64,000 nt of DNA from contig JBEKDT010000004.1 in the NCBI GenBank assembly GCA_050014195.1, positions 32,001 to 96,000 on the forward strand, in the 5' to 3' direction. Positions 43,463 through 53,790 of the stretch are shown one piece after another. The first letter of the stretch is position 1. The number at the start of each line of letters is the position of its first letter. The position numbers and the translations under genes were made by a program. The DNA comes from Desulfomonilia bacterium. GTDB lineage: Bacteria; Desulfobacterota; Desulfomonilia; UBA1062. The notes under the pieces are model-generated. The model searched no databases and had not been told where the DNA came from. It was given only the letters and a program-made list of their open reading frames with translations.

Positions 43463-43803
43463 CCCTTCTTAGGACATGGAGGAATATCCTGAGTAAAGAG
43501 GCGCAAGCCTTATCTCAGGGAAATCTCCAGGACCTGCAAAGCCTTTTTCAAGAAACATCAAAAATCCAGCACAAGCTTGGTAAACTGCTTGCGGCATCAA
43601 GCCTTGAAACAAAGAAGGATAAGAACGTCTCCACCATGATCAGGGAACTTCTTCAGGAACAGGAAAAGTTCATCGATTCCCTCAAGACCCAGACGAAAGA
43701 GCTCGCACAAGAAATCGGTTCACTGAAAAAAAGCAAGACCTCACTCAAGGGATATAAACAAAAAGGGGCCGCTTCGCCTCGTTTTATGAATGAGCGCACC
43801 TAA
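43432..43803 (+). CDS. Helical protein, FliT/FlgN-like
   Basis: Follows fliS, coiled-coil character, C-terminal GY...PRF. Confidence 0.55.
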   Translation: MADHHPETVITLLRTWRNILSKEAQALSQGNLQDLQSLFQETSKIQHKLGKLLAASSLETKKDKNVSTMIRELLQEQEKFIDSLKTQTKELAQEIGSLKKSKTSLKGYKQKGAASPRFMNERT

Positions 43804-43859
43804 TAATTCCCACCCTGATGAGTTGACAGACGGAATAATTTCTCCTAGTCTGTGGGCCT

Positions 43860-44453
43860 ATGCAGATGCTACTCTCATCGGGCTCCCCGAGACGAAAAGA
43901 ACTCCTTTCCCTCCTTGGAATACCCTTCCAGGTTAAGGTCCCCAACATACCCGAAGTTCAGCGAATAAATGAAACACCCCGGTCATTCTGTTTGCGGATC
44001 AGCAGGGAAAAGGCTGTCAAAGTGGCTCAGCTAAATCCTCATGCGCTGGTCATCGGGGCAGATACAATCGTTGTGATCGACGGGAAGATCCTCGGTAAGC
44101 CTCGCGACACAAGAGAGGCCAATGATTTTCTTATGCTCCTTCAAGACCGCGTACATGCCGTTTTTACCGGCTATACAATTATATTGGGCAATCATCATAT
44201 ATCAAAGGTGGTCCGCACGAAGGTCCGCTTCAGGGCCATGACCCCGGAAGAAATCTCATGGTATGTGTTAACCGGTGAGCCGATGGACAAGGCAGGGGCA
44301 TATGCGGTTCAAGGAATCGGTTCCCTCTTCATCGAAAAAGTCCACGGATGTTACACCAATGTGATAGGCTTGCCGCTTTCATATCTCTATAACGACTTGA
44401 AGAAATTTGGAATACTGCTACACTCAGGTTCAGGAGGAGGTTTTGACTCATGA
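43860..44453 (+). CDS. maf: Maf family nucleoside triphosphate pyrophosphatase
   Basis: SGSPRRKELL, IGADTIV, ILGKP, DKAGAY, NVIGLP. Confidence 0.95.
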   Translation: MQMLLSSGSPRRKELLSLLGIPFQVKVPNIPEVQRINETPRSFCLRISREKAVKVAQLNPHALVIGADTIVVIDGKILGKPRDTREANDFLMLLQDRVHAVFTGYTIILGNHHISKVVRTKVRFRAMTPEEISWYVLTGEPMDKAGAYAVQGIGSLFIEKVHGCYTNVIGLPLSYLYNDLKKFGILLHSGSGGGFDS

Positions 44454-45946
44454 ACGGATATGTACTGGCAATTGATCAGGGTACAACGGGAAGCAGGGTG
44501 ATGATCCTCAACCACAAGGGTCAAGTGGTGGGATTGGCTTACTCTGAATTTCCCCAGATCTACCCCCAGCCAGGTTGGGTTGAGCATGACCCCGAGGTGA
44601 TCTGGGATACAACCATGGGTGTCATGAGAAAAGCACTGGAAGCTGCAAATGTTCAACCCACTGAGATTGTAGCCATTGGGATTACGAATCAGCGGGAGAC
44701 CACGGTCTTGTGGGAGAGAGAAACATTAAGGCCGGTGCACAATGCTATTGTCTGGCAATGCAGGAGATCAGCACAAATCTGCGATGCAATAAAGCAAGAA
44801 GGTCATGAGCACCTTTTCCGGGAAAAGACAGGTCTTGTACTCGATGCCTACTTTTCAGGCACCAAGGTCAAATGGCTCCTTGATACAATACCGGGCTTAA
44901 GGTCCCGGGCAAAATCCGGTGAGATCGCCTTCGGAACCATTGATACCTGGCTCATTGCCAAGCTTACCAAGGGCAGACTCCATGTAACGGACTATACAAA
45001 CGCATCCAGGACACTGATGTTCAATATCCATGAAAAATCCTGGGATGATCAGATCTTAAAAATACTTGATGTGCCTCGTGCCATGCTGCCACGCGTTGTG
45101 TCTTCAGCAGAAATCATCGGTAAGACCGACCCGGGTATAACAGGGGCGGCAATACCCATTGCAGGCATTGCCGGCGATCAACAGGCAGCACTATTCGGCC
45201 AGGGGTGTTTTGATGAGGGACAGGCAAAGAATACCTATGGGACAGGATGCTTTCTTCTTCTCAATATCGGAGATAAAAAAATTGATCCGAAAAATGGTCT
45301 CATACTTACCCTTGCCTGTGATGAGACGGGTAGACCTTGTTACGCACTCGAAGGGTCGGTGTTCATCGCGGGAGCGGTCATCCAATGGCTGCGCGACGGC
45401 CTCGCCCTGATCGCAGATGCCGCACAGTGCCAGGCAATTGCTGAGAGCGTAAGCGATTCACACGGCATCTATATGATCCCTGCCTTCGCCGGTCTTGGTG
45501 CTCCCTATTGGGATATGTACGCACGGGGTGCCATCATGGGAATAACCCGCAGCACAACCAAGGCGCATATTGTGCGCTCAGCACTTGAAGGTATCGCCTA
45601 TCAAGTAAAAGATCTTATCGGTGCGTTTGAACAATGCACTGGCAAATTTTTTGCTGATATAAAAGTCGATGGAGGTGCGTGCAGAAACGACTTCCTGATG
45701 CAGTTCCAGTCCGATATCCTGGGTTGCCCTGTTGACAGATCCAACCACATTGAATCCACAGGTATGGGCGCGGCTTATCTCGCAGGGATAGCAACAGGAT
45801 TCTGGAAACCCGGTGATGAAATCAGTGCCCTGAGAGGCTCAGACCGTATTTTCAAACCTAAAATCGATGGAACCACCCGAGATAAAATGTATGCCGGATG
45901 GAAAGAGGCAGTGGCAAGGGTGCTATCCAACCATAGGAACGCATGA
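44450..45946 (+). CDS. glpK: Glycerol kinase
   Basis: AIDQGTTGSR, GITNQRET, TDYTNASRT, GDQQAALFGQ, KNTYGTG. Confidence 0.97.
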   Translation: MNGYVLAIDQGTTGSRVMILNHKGQVVGLAYSEFPQIYPQPGWVEHDPEVIWDTTMGVMRKALEAANVQPTEIVAIGITNQRETTVLWERETLRPVHNAIVWQCRRSAQICDAIKQEGHEHLFREKTGLVLDAYFSGTKVKWLLDTIPGLRSRAKSGEIAFGTIDTWLIAKLTKGRLHVTDYTNASRTLMFNIHEKSWDDQILKILDVPRAMLPRVVSSAEIIGKTDPGITGAAIPIAGIAGDQQAALFGQGCFDEGQAKNTYGTGCFLLLNIGDKKIDPKNGLILTLACDETGRPCYALEGSVFIAGAVIQWLRDGLALIADAAQCQAIAESVSDSHGIYMIPAFAGLGAPYWDMYARGAIMGITRSTTKAHIVRSALEGIAYQVKDLIGAFEQCTGKFFADIKVDGGACRNDFLMQFQSDILGCPVDRSNHIESTGMGAAYLAGIATGFWKPGDEISALRGSDRIFKPKIDGTTRDKMYAGWKEAVARVLSNHRNA

Positions 45947-46710
45947 GCATATTCGAATACACCGGCAGGGCAACAATTGCCTTTCTGGAGGAGCTTGGTG
46001 CTTTCTTTATCTTCTTCTACCAGGCTGTTACCCATCTTGTGCGACCACCTCTGTTTATTAAACAATTCTTTAAACAGATGGAATTCATCGGGATCCGTTC
46101 AACACCTGTTGTGATGCTCACCGGCGTGTTTTCCGGGATGGTAGGGGCGCTGCAGACCTATCATGGATTCAGCCTCTTTGGGGCTGAGTCTCTTGTGGGC
46201 TCCACGACTGCCCTGAGCTTACTCAGGGAACTCGGGCCAGTGCTCGCATCATTAATGGTGACGGCCCGGGCCGGGTCGGCAATGACCGCCGAAATCGGCA
46301 TCATGCGCGTGACACAACAGATTGACGCACTTGTCGTGATGGGTGTCAACCCCCTCCAATACCTCATTATACCGCGGGTTCTGGCCAGCATCATCATGAT
46401 GCCCATGCTGACTTTAATATTCGACAGCATCGGGATGGTCGGATCTTATATAGTCGGCACTATGGTTCTTGATATCGACCAAGGGGTCTTCATGGCACGC
46501 ATTGCGGAGATTGTCGTCTACCATGATCTTTTTTCCGGATTGATCAAAGCTGCATTCTTCGGGGCGATATTGTCCATCGTGGGATGCTACAAAGGTTACA
46601 GCACAAGCGGAGGTGCGGAAGGTGTAGGTCATGCAGCCACGCAATCAGTAGTAATCTCTTCGGTAAGCATCCTTATTGCAGACTACATACTTACCGCCAT
46701 TATGTTCTAA
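45943..46710 (+). CDS. mlaE: MlaE-family ABC permease
   Basis: RELGPVL, RAGSAMTAEIGIM, QIDAL, GGAEGVG. Confidence 0.92.
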   Translation: MSIFEYTGRATIAFLEELGAFFIFFYQAVTHLVRPPLFIKQFFKQMEFIGIRSTPVVMLTGVFSGMVGALQTYHGFSLFGAESLVGSTTALSLLRELGPVLASLMVTARAGSAMTAEIGIMRVTQQIDALVVMGVNPLQYLIIPRVLASIIMMPMLTLIFDSIGMVGSYIVGTMVLDIDQGVFMARIAEIVVYHDLFSGLIKAAFFGAILSIVGCYKGYSTSGGAEGVGHAATQSVVISSVSILIADYILTAIMF

Positions 46711-46764
46711 AATAAAGAAAGAAGTCATCTTGCAGTATTCAATATTCTGAAATTATCTTACCCT

Positions 46765-47193
46765 TTAAGCCTCCGCAGCAGACGAGGTCATGGCAATGGC
46801 ATCTACAGGGCAATCCAGTGCACAAAAACCGCACCCGATACAAGCCTTACCATCCTTGAGGTAAGGATGCCCATGGGGATCTGCCGAGTCATTCGGTTGG
46901 GAGAGGGCAAGGCAATTCACAGGGCAGGTATCGATGCATATGTTGCATGACATGCATTGCTTCACGTTTACTATAGGCTTTTTCCATTGAGTACGTTTAA
47001 TCATGGCGCACAGGTTTCCGAACTGATCAAGAACCGAGGCATGCGGGCATATCCGACCGCATGCCCCGCATTCGATGCAAATGGATTGGTCGATGGCGTG
47101 GACCTCTTTCTTCTCACCTATTATAGCCATGACAGGGCAAACCTTCTTGCATGCCTGGCAACCAACGCATGATTGTGTGATCGTAAACGGCAT
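46765..47193 (-). CDS. Polyferredoxin (four 4Fe-4S motifs)
   Basis: Four CxxCxxCxxxCP motifs. Confidence 0.92.
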   Translation of the reverse strand: MPFTITQSCVGCQACKKVCPVMAIIGEKKEVHAIDQSICIECGACGRICPHASVLDQFGNLCAMIKRTQWKKPIVNVKQCMSCNICIDTCPVNCLALSQPNDSADPHGHPYLKDGKACIGCGFCALDCPVDAIAMTSSAAEA

Positions 47194-47210
47194 ATTTCCC
47201 CCCATATTTC

Positions 47211-49172
47211 TCAGCTGATCTCAATACCAAGCCTGGTCAAACACTGCTGTGTCGGCTTTCCCGTTACCGTGTCCCACCCGAACTGGGCCCAGTAATCACT
47301 CATCAGCTTTTCTATTTGCACCGTCCTGCCCTTATTGGCGCCGTGTATGAGAGGAGCCCTGCCGACTGCACGGTCGCTCAGTTTGTTTGATTTCGGCTCG
47401 ATACCATGCTTGACATTGAATGCCTGCTTCAGGGTCTGGATACGCTCACCGATCTCCATGTATTCTTCCGGAGTCTTGTGCCAGCCGGTGACTGCATTGA
47501 GCCAGTCAAAGGTCGGGGTCCGCTTGATGCCGAGGAAGGCCCCGAACATACAGATACCCGCTCCGTTCACCACACACATATACTTGCTGCAAGCAGCGGA
47601 TTCCTGTGCCTGCTTTTGACTTGCCTTATATCTGCTGTTTTTGAAATAAATCTCAAAGGGCCATTTTACCGGCAGGTCCTTCACTTTCTTCCAGAGCTGA
47701 AACATCTCGTAATAGAGATACGCACCAATGGTGTGCCGTCCCGGAGTCGGTTCGACAGAATATGCCACTGCAAACCCGGGGTCCATCCTGCCGTCGTGCA
47801 TGGCAGGCTCCTGACCACCTGCATGGACTGCAAATTTCTCAGCCCCCTTTCCGATCTTTTTGGATGCTGCCTTGGTCCCATCCGCCAGGATGTCCCCTAT
47901 CCCTTCACGGCTGATCATCATTTCTATGAGCGTTTTCGCCGCCTTGGTGTTTCCCCAGGTAAGCTCGATGCCCCCGGTATCCTCCTTGGTGAGGATTCCA
48001 TTCTCAAAGCACTCCATAGCAAAGGCCACGCTCGCTCCTGCTGAGATCGTATCCATACCTGCCCGGTTTAACATTTCATTGAATTCAAAGAGGCTGTCAG
48101 TGTCCTCATTCATGCAGAGTCCGCCAAGGGCGAGAACCGATTCATATTCCGGTTTATGCGTCTCCATGTCCTTACCGGGCATGGAGCAGATACCACCGCA
48201 ACCAAGGGGGCATGAATAGCAGTGATACTTGATCTTTTCATGACTATTGATGCGGTCGGGGTTGGCGGATTTGGATTTCTTCATGGGCCAGTCCACATTA
48301 CTGCCCTTCCAATTCTTTATGGGAGAATCCCCCCATTCCACTGACATCTGGTTCAGGCCACCGGTCCCCCACTGCTTCAGTATCATCTTGTAGATCATCC
48401 CGTCCATGGCCATGGCCGTAGGCAGTATCCTCAGCAGGATTCCCAATAGGCCCATACCGGTGCCCGGTCCTAAGGGAAGCTGAAACTGCACCCACTTGTT
48501 ACAGGTCTTGCTCAATCTCTTTACTTCGTTGCGGTCATTAGGCACGATACGCTTCTTCCCATCAAGCACAACGGCCTTGAGCTTTTTAGAACCCATTACT
48601 GCGCCAAGGCCGGAGCGCGCTGCAAGCCTGCCTTTGTCGTTGCTTATACCCGAGATAAGGGAGAGCCGTTCACCTGCAGGCCCGATGGATGCGACCCGTG
48701 CTCCTTCGCCGAATTCATTCCTTAAGAGCTCTTCAGTCTCGACCGTGTCTTTCCCCCACAACTGCGTTGCATCCCTCAGCTCTGACCTGCCATTCTTCAC
48801 GTACAGCAGCACCGGCCTTTCACTGATGCCCTTAAAAAAGATCCCATCGTATCCACAGCGCTTGATCGCAGGAGAGAACGATCCTCCGCAATTGGCATCT
48901 CCCCATCCTCCGGTGAGAGGGGATTTGCCTACTGCCATCCACCGTCCTGAAAACAGGCTGCCGGTCCCGGTTAAGAGGCCTGATACGAACCCGAGGATGT
49001 TGTCCGGCCCCAGAGGGTCGGCACCGGCCGGTATCCTGCCGTACAGGAGATGGGCGGCAAGCCCTATCCCTGAAAGGTACTTCTCATAAACCTCCTCAGG
49101 TACGACTTCTTCTTTGATTTCGCTGGTTGTAAGATCAACCATCAAGATCTTACCCATGTAGCCTCGATCCAT
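47211..49172 (-). CDS. Aldehyde:ferredoxin oxidoreductase family (W/Mo-pterin)
   Basis: KSPLTGG, IGPAGE, RSGLGAVMGSKKLKA, CYSCPLGC, PEYE, GMDTIS. Confidence 0.93.
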   Translation of the reverse strand: MDRGYMGKILMVDLTTSEIKEEVVPEEVYEKYLSGIGLAAHLLYGRIPAGADPLGPDNILGFVSGLLTGTGSLFSGRWMAVGKSPLTGGWGDANCGGSFSPAIKRCGYDGIFFKGISERPVLLYVKNGRSELRDATQLWGKDTVETEELLRNEFGEGARVASIGPAGERLSLISGISNDKGRLAARSGLGAVMGSKKLKAVVLDGKKRIVPNDRNEVKRLSKTCNKWVQFQLPLGPGTGMGLLGILLRILPTAMAMDGMIYKMILKQWGTGGLNQMSVEWGDSPIKNWKGSNVDWPMKKSKSANPDRINSHEKIKYHCYSCPLGCGGICSMPGKDMETHKPEYESVLALGGLCMNEDTDSLFEFNEMLNRAGMDTISAGASVAFAMECFENGILTKEDTGGIELTWGNTKAAKTLIEMMISREGIGDILADGTKAASKKIGKGAEKFAVHAGGQEPAMHDGRMDPGFAVAYSVEPTPGRHTIGAYLYYEMFQLWKKVKDLPVKWPFEIYFKNSRYKASQKQAQESAACSKYMCVVNGAGICMFGAFLGIKRTPTFDWLNAVTGWHKTPEEYMEIGERIQTLKQAFNVKHGIEPKSNKLSDRAVGRAPLIHGANKGRTVQIEKLMSDYWAQFGWDTVTGKPTQQCLTRLGIEIS

Positions 49173-49272
49173 AACCCCTCCTTGTGTGCTGTATACATGA
49201 AGGTCCATTTATGAAAGAAACTGTCTTAAGTCTATTTATTGAAAAAATGGGACCAAAAAGTCTACTAATTTC

Positions 49273-49325
49273 TTGACATATACGCTTCTGAAGATATAAT
49301 AACAATGTTATCTTAACATCGTTAT
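49273..49325 (+). promoter_or_regulatory. Sigma70 promoter with two tandem palindromic operators (likely TetR sites)
   Basis: TTGACA-N16-TATAAT; TAACAATGTTA (49300-49310) and TAACATCGTTA (49314-49324). Confidence 0.7.
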
Positions 49326-49341
49326 TCTTATAGGATTTTAT

Positions 49342-50034
49342 ATGCCTAAGAAAGCCCGGAGTCAAGCAGACATTGAGACATTCAGAGAAAAAATCCTTGA
49401 TGAAGCCTTATCTATCATATCTGATCATGGGTTTAAATACTTCAGCATGAGAAAGCTTGCCTCACGCCTCGGCATGACTGCTACGACGATCTATAATTAC
49501 TATTCCAACAAAGATGAGCTCTATCTTATGATCCTGACAAAGGGGTTTGATGAGCTCGTTACCACCTTCAAAAGAATCGAAAGTACCAATGACGATCCAT
49601 TAGAAAAAATAAAGAGAATAGTGCGCGCATATGTGGAGTTCGGCATCAAGAAATCTCATTACTACAATATCATGTTCACCTCTGATGCCCCGAAATATCT
49701 CGATTACGTAGGGACTACGATAGAGCCGGTTGCGTACTTTGAGAAGAATACCGCGGTTCAGCTCATTGAGATCACATCGAGTGTGGCCAGAAAAATAATG
49801 AGAGGTAATGATATCCCCGAAGAGACAATGAAACTCTTGATCTTCAGAATCTGGAGCTCTTTGCATGGTATTATCACCTTATATAACAGCCGTGTACTCC
49901 ATGAGGTGGAAGAAAACCCGGATGCCATGCTTGAAAAGATGGTTGATACTATCATTGTTTCATTCCAGGAGCTCTTCATGAGACTCGGGAAGGCAGATAC
50001 TTCCACCAGAGCAATTACTATGGCAGTCAGCTGA
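49342..50034 (+). CDS. TetR/AcrR-family regulator (WHG-type C-terminus)
   Basis: FSMRKLASRLGMTATTIYNYYSNKDEL; WSSLHG. Confidence 0.93.
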   Translation: MPKKARSQADIETFREKILDEALSIISDHGFKYFSMRKLASRLGMTATTIYNYYSNKDELYLMILTKGFDELVTTFKRIESTNDDPLEKIKRIVRAYVEFGIKKSHYYNIMFTSDAPKYLDYVGTTIEPVAYFEKNTAVQLIEITSSVARKIMRGNDIPEETMKLLIFRIWSSLHGIITLYNSRVLHEVEENPDAMLEKMVDTIIVSFQELFMRLGKADTSTRAITMAVS

Positions 50035-50049
50035 CCTCAGGGGGATTCT

Positions 50050-53013
50050 ATGAGCAAGAAAAACGTGGCAAATGTCCTTACCCACCTTGTTCTTCAAGTC
50101 ATGGCACTTTGCTTTAATCTAGTCCCGAGTTTCAATAAATACCTCAAAAGTCGTGATGGGTGGATCAACTTTTCAGTAGCCCTCAGCACAGAGGATAAAC
50201 GCGTGAGGCAGGTCATTTCATTCAACAATGGAAAGGCCAGGGTACGTTGGAATGCACCTGAGGATGTTAATGTTGAACTGGTTTTCATGGACACACATGT
50301 CTTGGGTGAGATGACCAAACTCCCCCCAAACGAGGTGCTGAATCTTATTCTGAAGAACAAGCTGACCATCAAGGGGAATCTCGCATATGCCCAACTCTTC
50401 AACTTCTTCATCTCCTTACTGTTAAAGGGCAAGCAGATCAAAATGATGGAAAAACAGGTAAAGGAACAGATGTATGCCCTCTGCGTGGCATACCCCGAAC
50501 CGGCTAAAGAATTGCTGCCGAGGCAGAAGGCCAACATGGAGGCTGCTCGTGTTGATCCCGGTGTAAAGTGTATAACCAATGACCCATATCTCTCCCATTA
50601 TTCACTGGATGATTTTCCGAGGCTGAAACGTTTTCTGGACATCCATTTGAATACAAGACCTTCTGTGTGCCATGAAAGACCGCTGCTGCTGACTGAATGG
50701 TTCAGAAAGAATGGCTTCGAGAATGATACCTCAGGGAAGCCATGGGTCCCTGAGCTTCGACAGGCCGAGGCATTTAAGCATCTGATGGAAAACAAAAAGC
50801 CCATCATCCGCAAAGATGATCTTATTGCAGGCACTACAACCACAAAAGACATCGGTGTAGTCATCTACCCTGATGCCCATGGGACAATGATTTGGGGAGA
50901 GCTGCTCACTGCTCAGTACAGACATTTGTTCCCCTATGACATTTCCGATGAGACCGTCGAGGTCCTCCATCATCAAGTCTTCCCATTCTGGACCGAGCGT
51001 AACTTCCGGGAATGGGTGAGGAACACCTACAATAACCCCTTGTGCCAACAGCTCGATGAGCGTTTTGCAGTCTATTTCCTGTGGAAAACCGTTGCCCTGT
51101 CCCACACTATCATTGATTATCCAAAGCTCCTCAAGATGGGGGCACGTGGGATCATTCAAGAGATCGAGGAAGAGATAGAGCAGGATGCAGGAGCCGACGA
51201 GCTCAAGAAGGATACTTTAAGGGCCATGATCATGTGTTATGAGGGTCTCATCGCTTATGCGAAAAACCTGGCCGGACAGGCCAGGATCGAAGCCGATAAA
51301 CAAACCGATCCTCAGCGCAAGGGCGAACTGATGAGGCTGAGTGAGATCTGTGAGAAGGTCCCGGAGAACCCCAGTACGACCCTGGATGAGGCAATCAACG
51401 CCATCTGGATCCACTGGATCGGCGTGCACATGGAAAATACCAATGCCGGCTTCTCAATCGGTAGGATGGACCAGTGGCTCCAGCCCTATTTTGTTTCGGA
51501 CTTAAAGAAGATCAGATCAAAGGCAAAAAAACAGGAATACATCAAACATGCCATCGAACTTGTGGGATGTTTCTATATGCGCTGTACGGATCACCTGCCC
51601 CTCATCCCGGATATAGGCAACTACCTTTTCGGGGGCAGTTCCTCAGACCAGGCCATCACATTAGGCGGTGTTACACCGGACGGTGAAGATGCCGTCAATG
51701 ACATGACCTATATATTCCTCAAGGTCACAGAGATGCTGGGTATCAGAGATCCGAACATGAATGCCAGGTACCACAGGGAGAAAAACACGACCACCTACCT
51801 GAAAAGACTCTGCGAGGTCAATTTAAATACGACAGCCACCCCATCCATACACAATGATGTGGTTGTGATGGAGTCCCTTAAGGAGTTCAACTATATCCCT
51901 GAGCATTTAAGAGACTGGGCGGCCACCGGGTGCGTGGAGCCGACCCTCTCCGGCAGACACATCGGCCACACGAACTGCATGATGTTCAACATGGTTGCAG
52001 CCTTGGAGATGGCGATTTTCAACGGCCACCATCCCCTCATGAGGTGGGATGTCGGTCCCAAGACCGGTGATATCAACAATGGGGGTTTCAAAACCTTTGA
52101 TGACTTTTTCGATGCATTCTGCACCCAGCTCGATTTCCTCTTAGAGAATTCATGCGAGTACAACAGGCTGCTGGGTGAAGCGCATAGCGTCATACGGCCG
52201 ACACCGTTCATATCGGGCCTCGTGGAAGGATGTCTCCGGAAAGGCCGGGATGTAACCAAAGGCGGTGCGCTCTACAACTCCTCCGGTACAGCATGCATAG
52301 GGCTTGCAGACATTACCGATTCACTCATGGTCATTAAGAAGCTCGTTTTTGATGAAAAAAAGACCAGCCTTTCTGAGATCAGAAAGGCGCTTGAAACAAA
52401 TTTTGCAGATAATCCTGTCCTGCATACACTCATACTCAAAAAGGTCCCTCTATTCGGGTCAGGTAATGCCGATGCGGTTCATATGGCAAACCGACTGACG
52501 CATTACATCCATGACAAGTTCGGGGAACAGGTAAACTTCCGTGGAGGAAAATACACTGCAGGGTTCTGGTCCATGTCCAACCACGTGGCCTTCGGGACAC
52601 TGACCGGGGCACTGCCTTCGGGGAGACTTGCCTCCAAGCCTTTCACGCCCGGGCTCACCCCGGAGGCTCATGCATCTCGCAACCTTCTGGACAATATCCG
52701 GGACGTTGCCCAACTCGTGCCAGAGAACATGAATAATAATATTGCATTCAATGTAAAAGTTGTGCCCTCGGCCAAGGATGGACACGAAAAGACTGTCGAG
52801 CATATCTACTCATATGCTAAGACCTACTTCGACCTCGGCGGCATGCAGATGCAGTTTAATGTGGTCTCATCGGATACCCTAAGAGATGCCATGCTCCACC
52901 CCGAGAATTACAAGAACCTCATGGTCCGCATCTCGGGATATAATGCCTATTTTGTTACCCTAAACAAAGACATGCAACTCGAGCTTATCGAACGTGCAGA
53001 GTACGGACTATAA
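50050..53013 (+). CDS. Glycyl radical enzyme (PFL2/eliminase-like) with N-terminal SCP2-like extension
   Basis: SIGRMDQ, GCVEP Cys loop, MQFNV, VRISGY glycyl motif; about 190 extra N-terminal aa containing KLTIKGNL. Confidence 0.9.
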   Translation: MSKKNVANVLTHLVLQVMALCFNLVPSFNKYLKSRDGWINFSVALSTEDKRVRQVISFNNGKARVRWNAPEDVNVELVFMDTHVLGEMTKLPPNEVLNLILKNKLTIKGNLAYAQLFNFFISLLLKGKQIKMMEKQVKEQMYALCVAYPEPAKELLPRQKANMEAARVDPGVKCITNDPYLSHYSLDDFPRLKRFLDIHLNTRPSVCHERPLLLTEWFRKNGFENDTSGKPWVPELRQAEAFKHLMENKKPIIRKDDLIAGTTTTKDIGVVIYPDAHGTMIWGELLTAQYRHLFPYDISDETVEVLHHQVFPFWTERNFREWVRNTYNNPLCQQLDERFAVYFLWKTVALSHTIIDYPKLLKMGARGIIQEIEEEIEQDAGADELKKDTLRAMIMCYEGLIAYAKNLAGQARIEADKQTDPQRKGELMRLSEICEKVPENPSTTLDEAINAIWIHWIGVHMENTNAGFSIGRMDQWLQPYFVSDLKKIRSKAKKQEYIKHAIELVGCFYMRCTDHLPLIPDIGNYLFGGSSSDQAITLGGVTPDGEDAVNDMTYIFLKVTEMLGIRDPNMNARYHREKNTTTYLKRLCEVNLNTTATPSIHNDVVVMESLKEFNYIPEHLRDWAATGCVEPTLSGRHIGHTNCMMFNMVAALEMAIFNGHHPLMRWDVGPKTGDINNGGFKTFDDFFDAFCTQLDFLLENSCEYNRLLGEAHSVIRPTPFISGLVEGCLRKGRDVTKGGALYNSSGTACIGLADITDSLMVIKKLVFDEKKTSLSEIRKALETNFADNPVLHTLILKKVPLFGSGNADAVHMANRLTHYIHDKFGEQVNFRGGKYTAGFWSMSNHVAFGTLTGALPSGRLASKPFTPGLTPEAHASRNLLDNIRDVAQLVPENMNNNIAFNVKVVPSAKDGHEKTVEHIYSYAKTYFDLGGMQMQFNVVSSDTLRDAMLHPENYKNLMVRISGYNAYFVTLNKDMQLELIERAEYGL

Positions 53014-53032
53014 ATAAAAGCATCTGATCTTT

Positions 53033-53482
53033 TTATGGGATTATTCGTTTAAGATGCCTTTCCACTTCCTCTTGGGGCATTGCACCCATGAGCGTATCAA
53101 CAATATTGCCGTCCTTGAATAAGAGGAGGCTCGGGATTGAACGTATCTTATATTGGGAGGCCGTTAAAGGGTTTTCATCCACATTCACTTTCACGACCTT
53201 AAGTTTTCCGGCATACTTTATCGCTATTTCATCAAGTACTGGAGACATCATTTTGCACGGTCCGCACCATGAGGCCCAAAAGTCAACGAGTACGGGTGAA
53301 ATGCAATTCAACACCTCTGACTTGAAATTCCCATCATTTGCTGTAATGGCATGTCCATAAGGTTGAACATCGATACGTGCATGACACTTACCACAGAACG
53401 CTTCGTCCCCAATCCGAACCTTGGGAATCCTGTTTTTTGAACCGCACTTCCTGCACTCAGTAATTATAAAACCATTATCCAT
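53033..53482 (-). CDS. trxC: Thioredoxin 2 (zinc-finger thioredoxin)
   Basis: CRKC and CGKC N-terminal pairs; WCGPC. Confidence 0.9.
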   Translation of the reverse strand: MDNGFIITECRKCGSKNRIPKVRIGDEAFCGKCHARIDVQPYGHAITANDGNFKSEVLNCISPVLVDFWASWCGPCKMMSPVLDEIAIKYAGKLKVVKVNVDENPLTASQYKIRSIPSLLLFKDGNIVDTLMGAMPQEEVERHLKRIIP

Positions 53483-53790
53483 GATGCGCTCCAATAAATC
53501 TGATCAATATGGAAAATATCCCAACCGCTCCTTTTCTTCTGTTTTTTTCATAGTGACACGCAAGGTCTTTTCCAAGGTGTTATCCTACAATTCTTTATTT
53601 TTTGGTTCGCAACATCGAATCTTCATCAACCGGCAAGGCACTAAAAATATATTGACATAAAAATCAATATGGTGTTATTTGATTTGTTGACATGTTGGTC
53701 AGATTTTATGATCCATCTATTTGTAATCATTTAGAATCGAATTTCTCACTAACAACGGGATAGTACATAACAGCAAAGGAGAAAGACTCT

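Noticed and set aside
50050-53013. True pyruvate formate-lyase or alkyl/benzylsuccinate synthase
   Set aside because: It has a single-Cys GCVEP loop rather than the PFL CC loop or the CM-type loop I recall for fumarate-adding enzymes, and no small subunit genes are adjacent.
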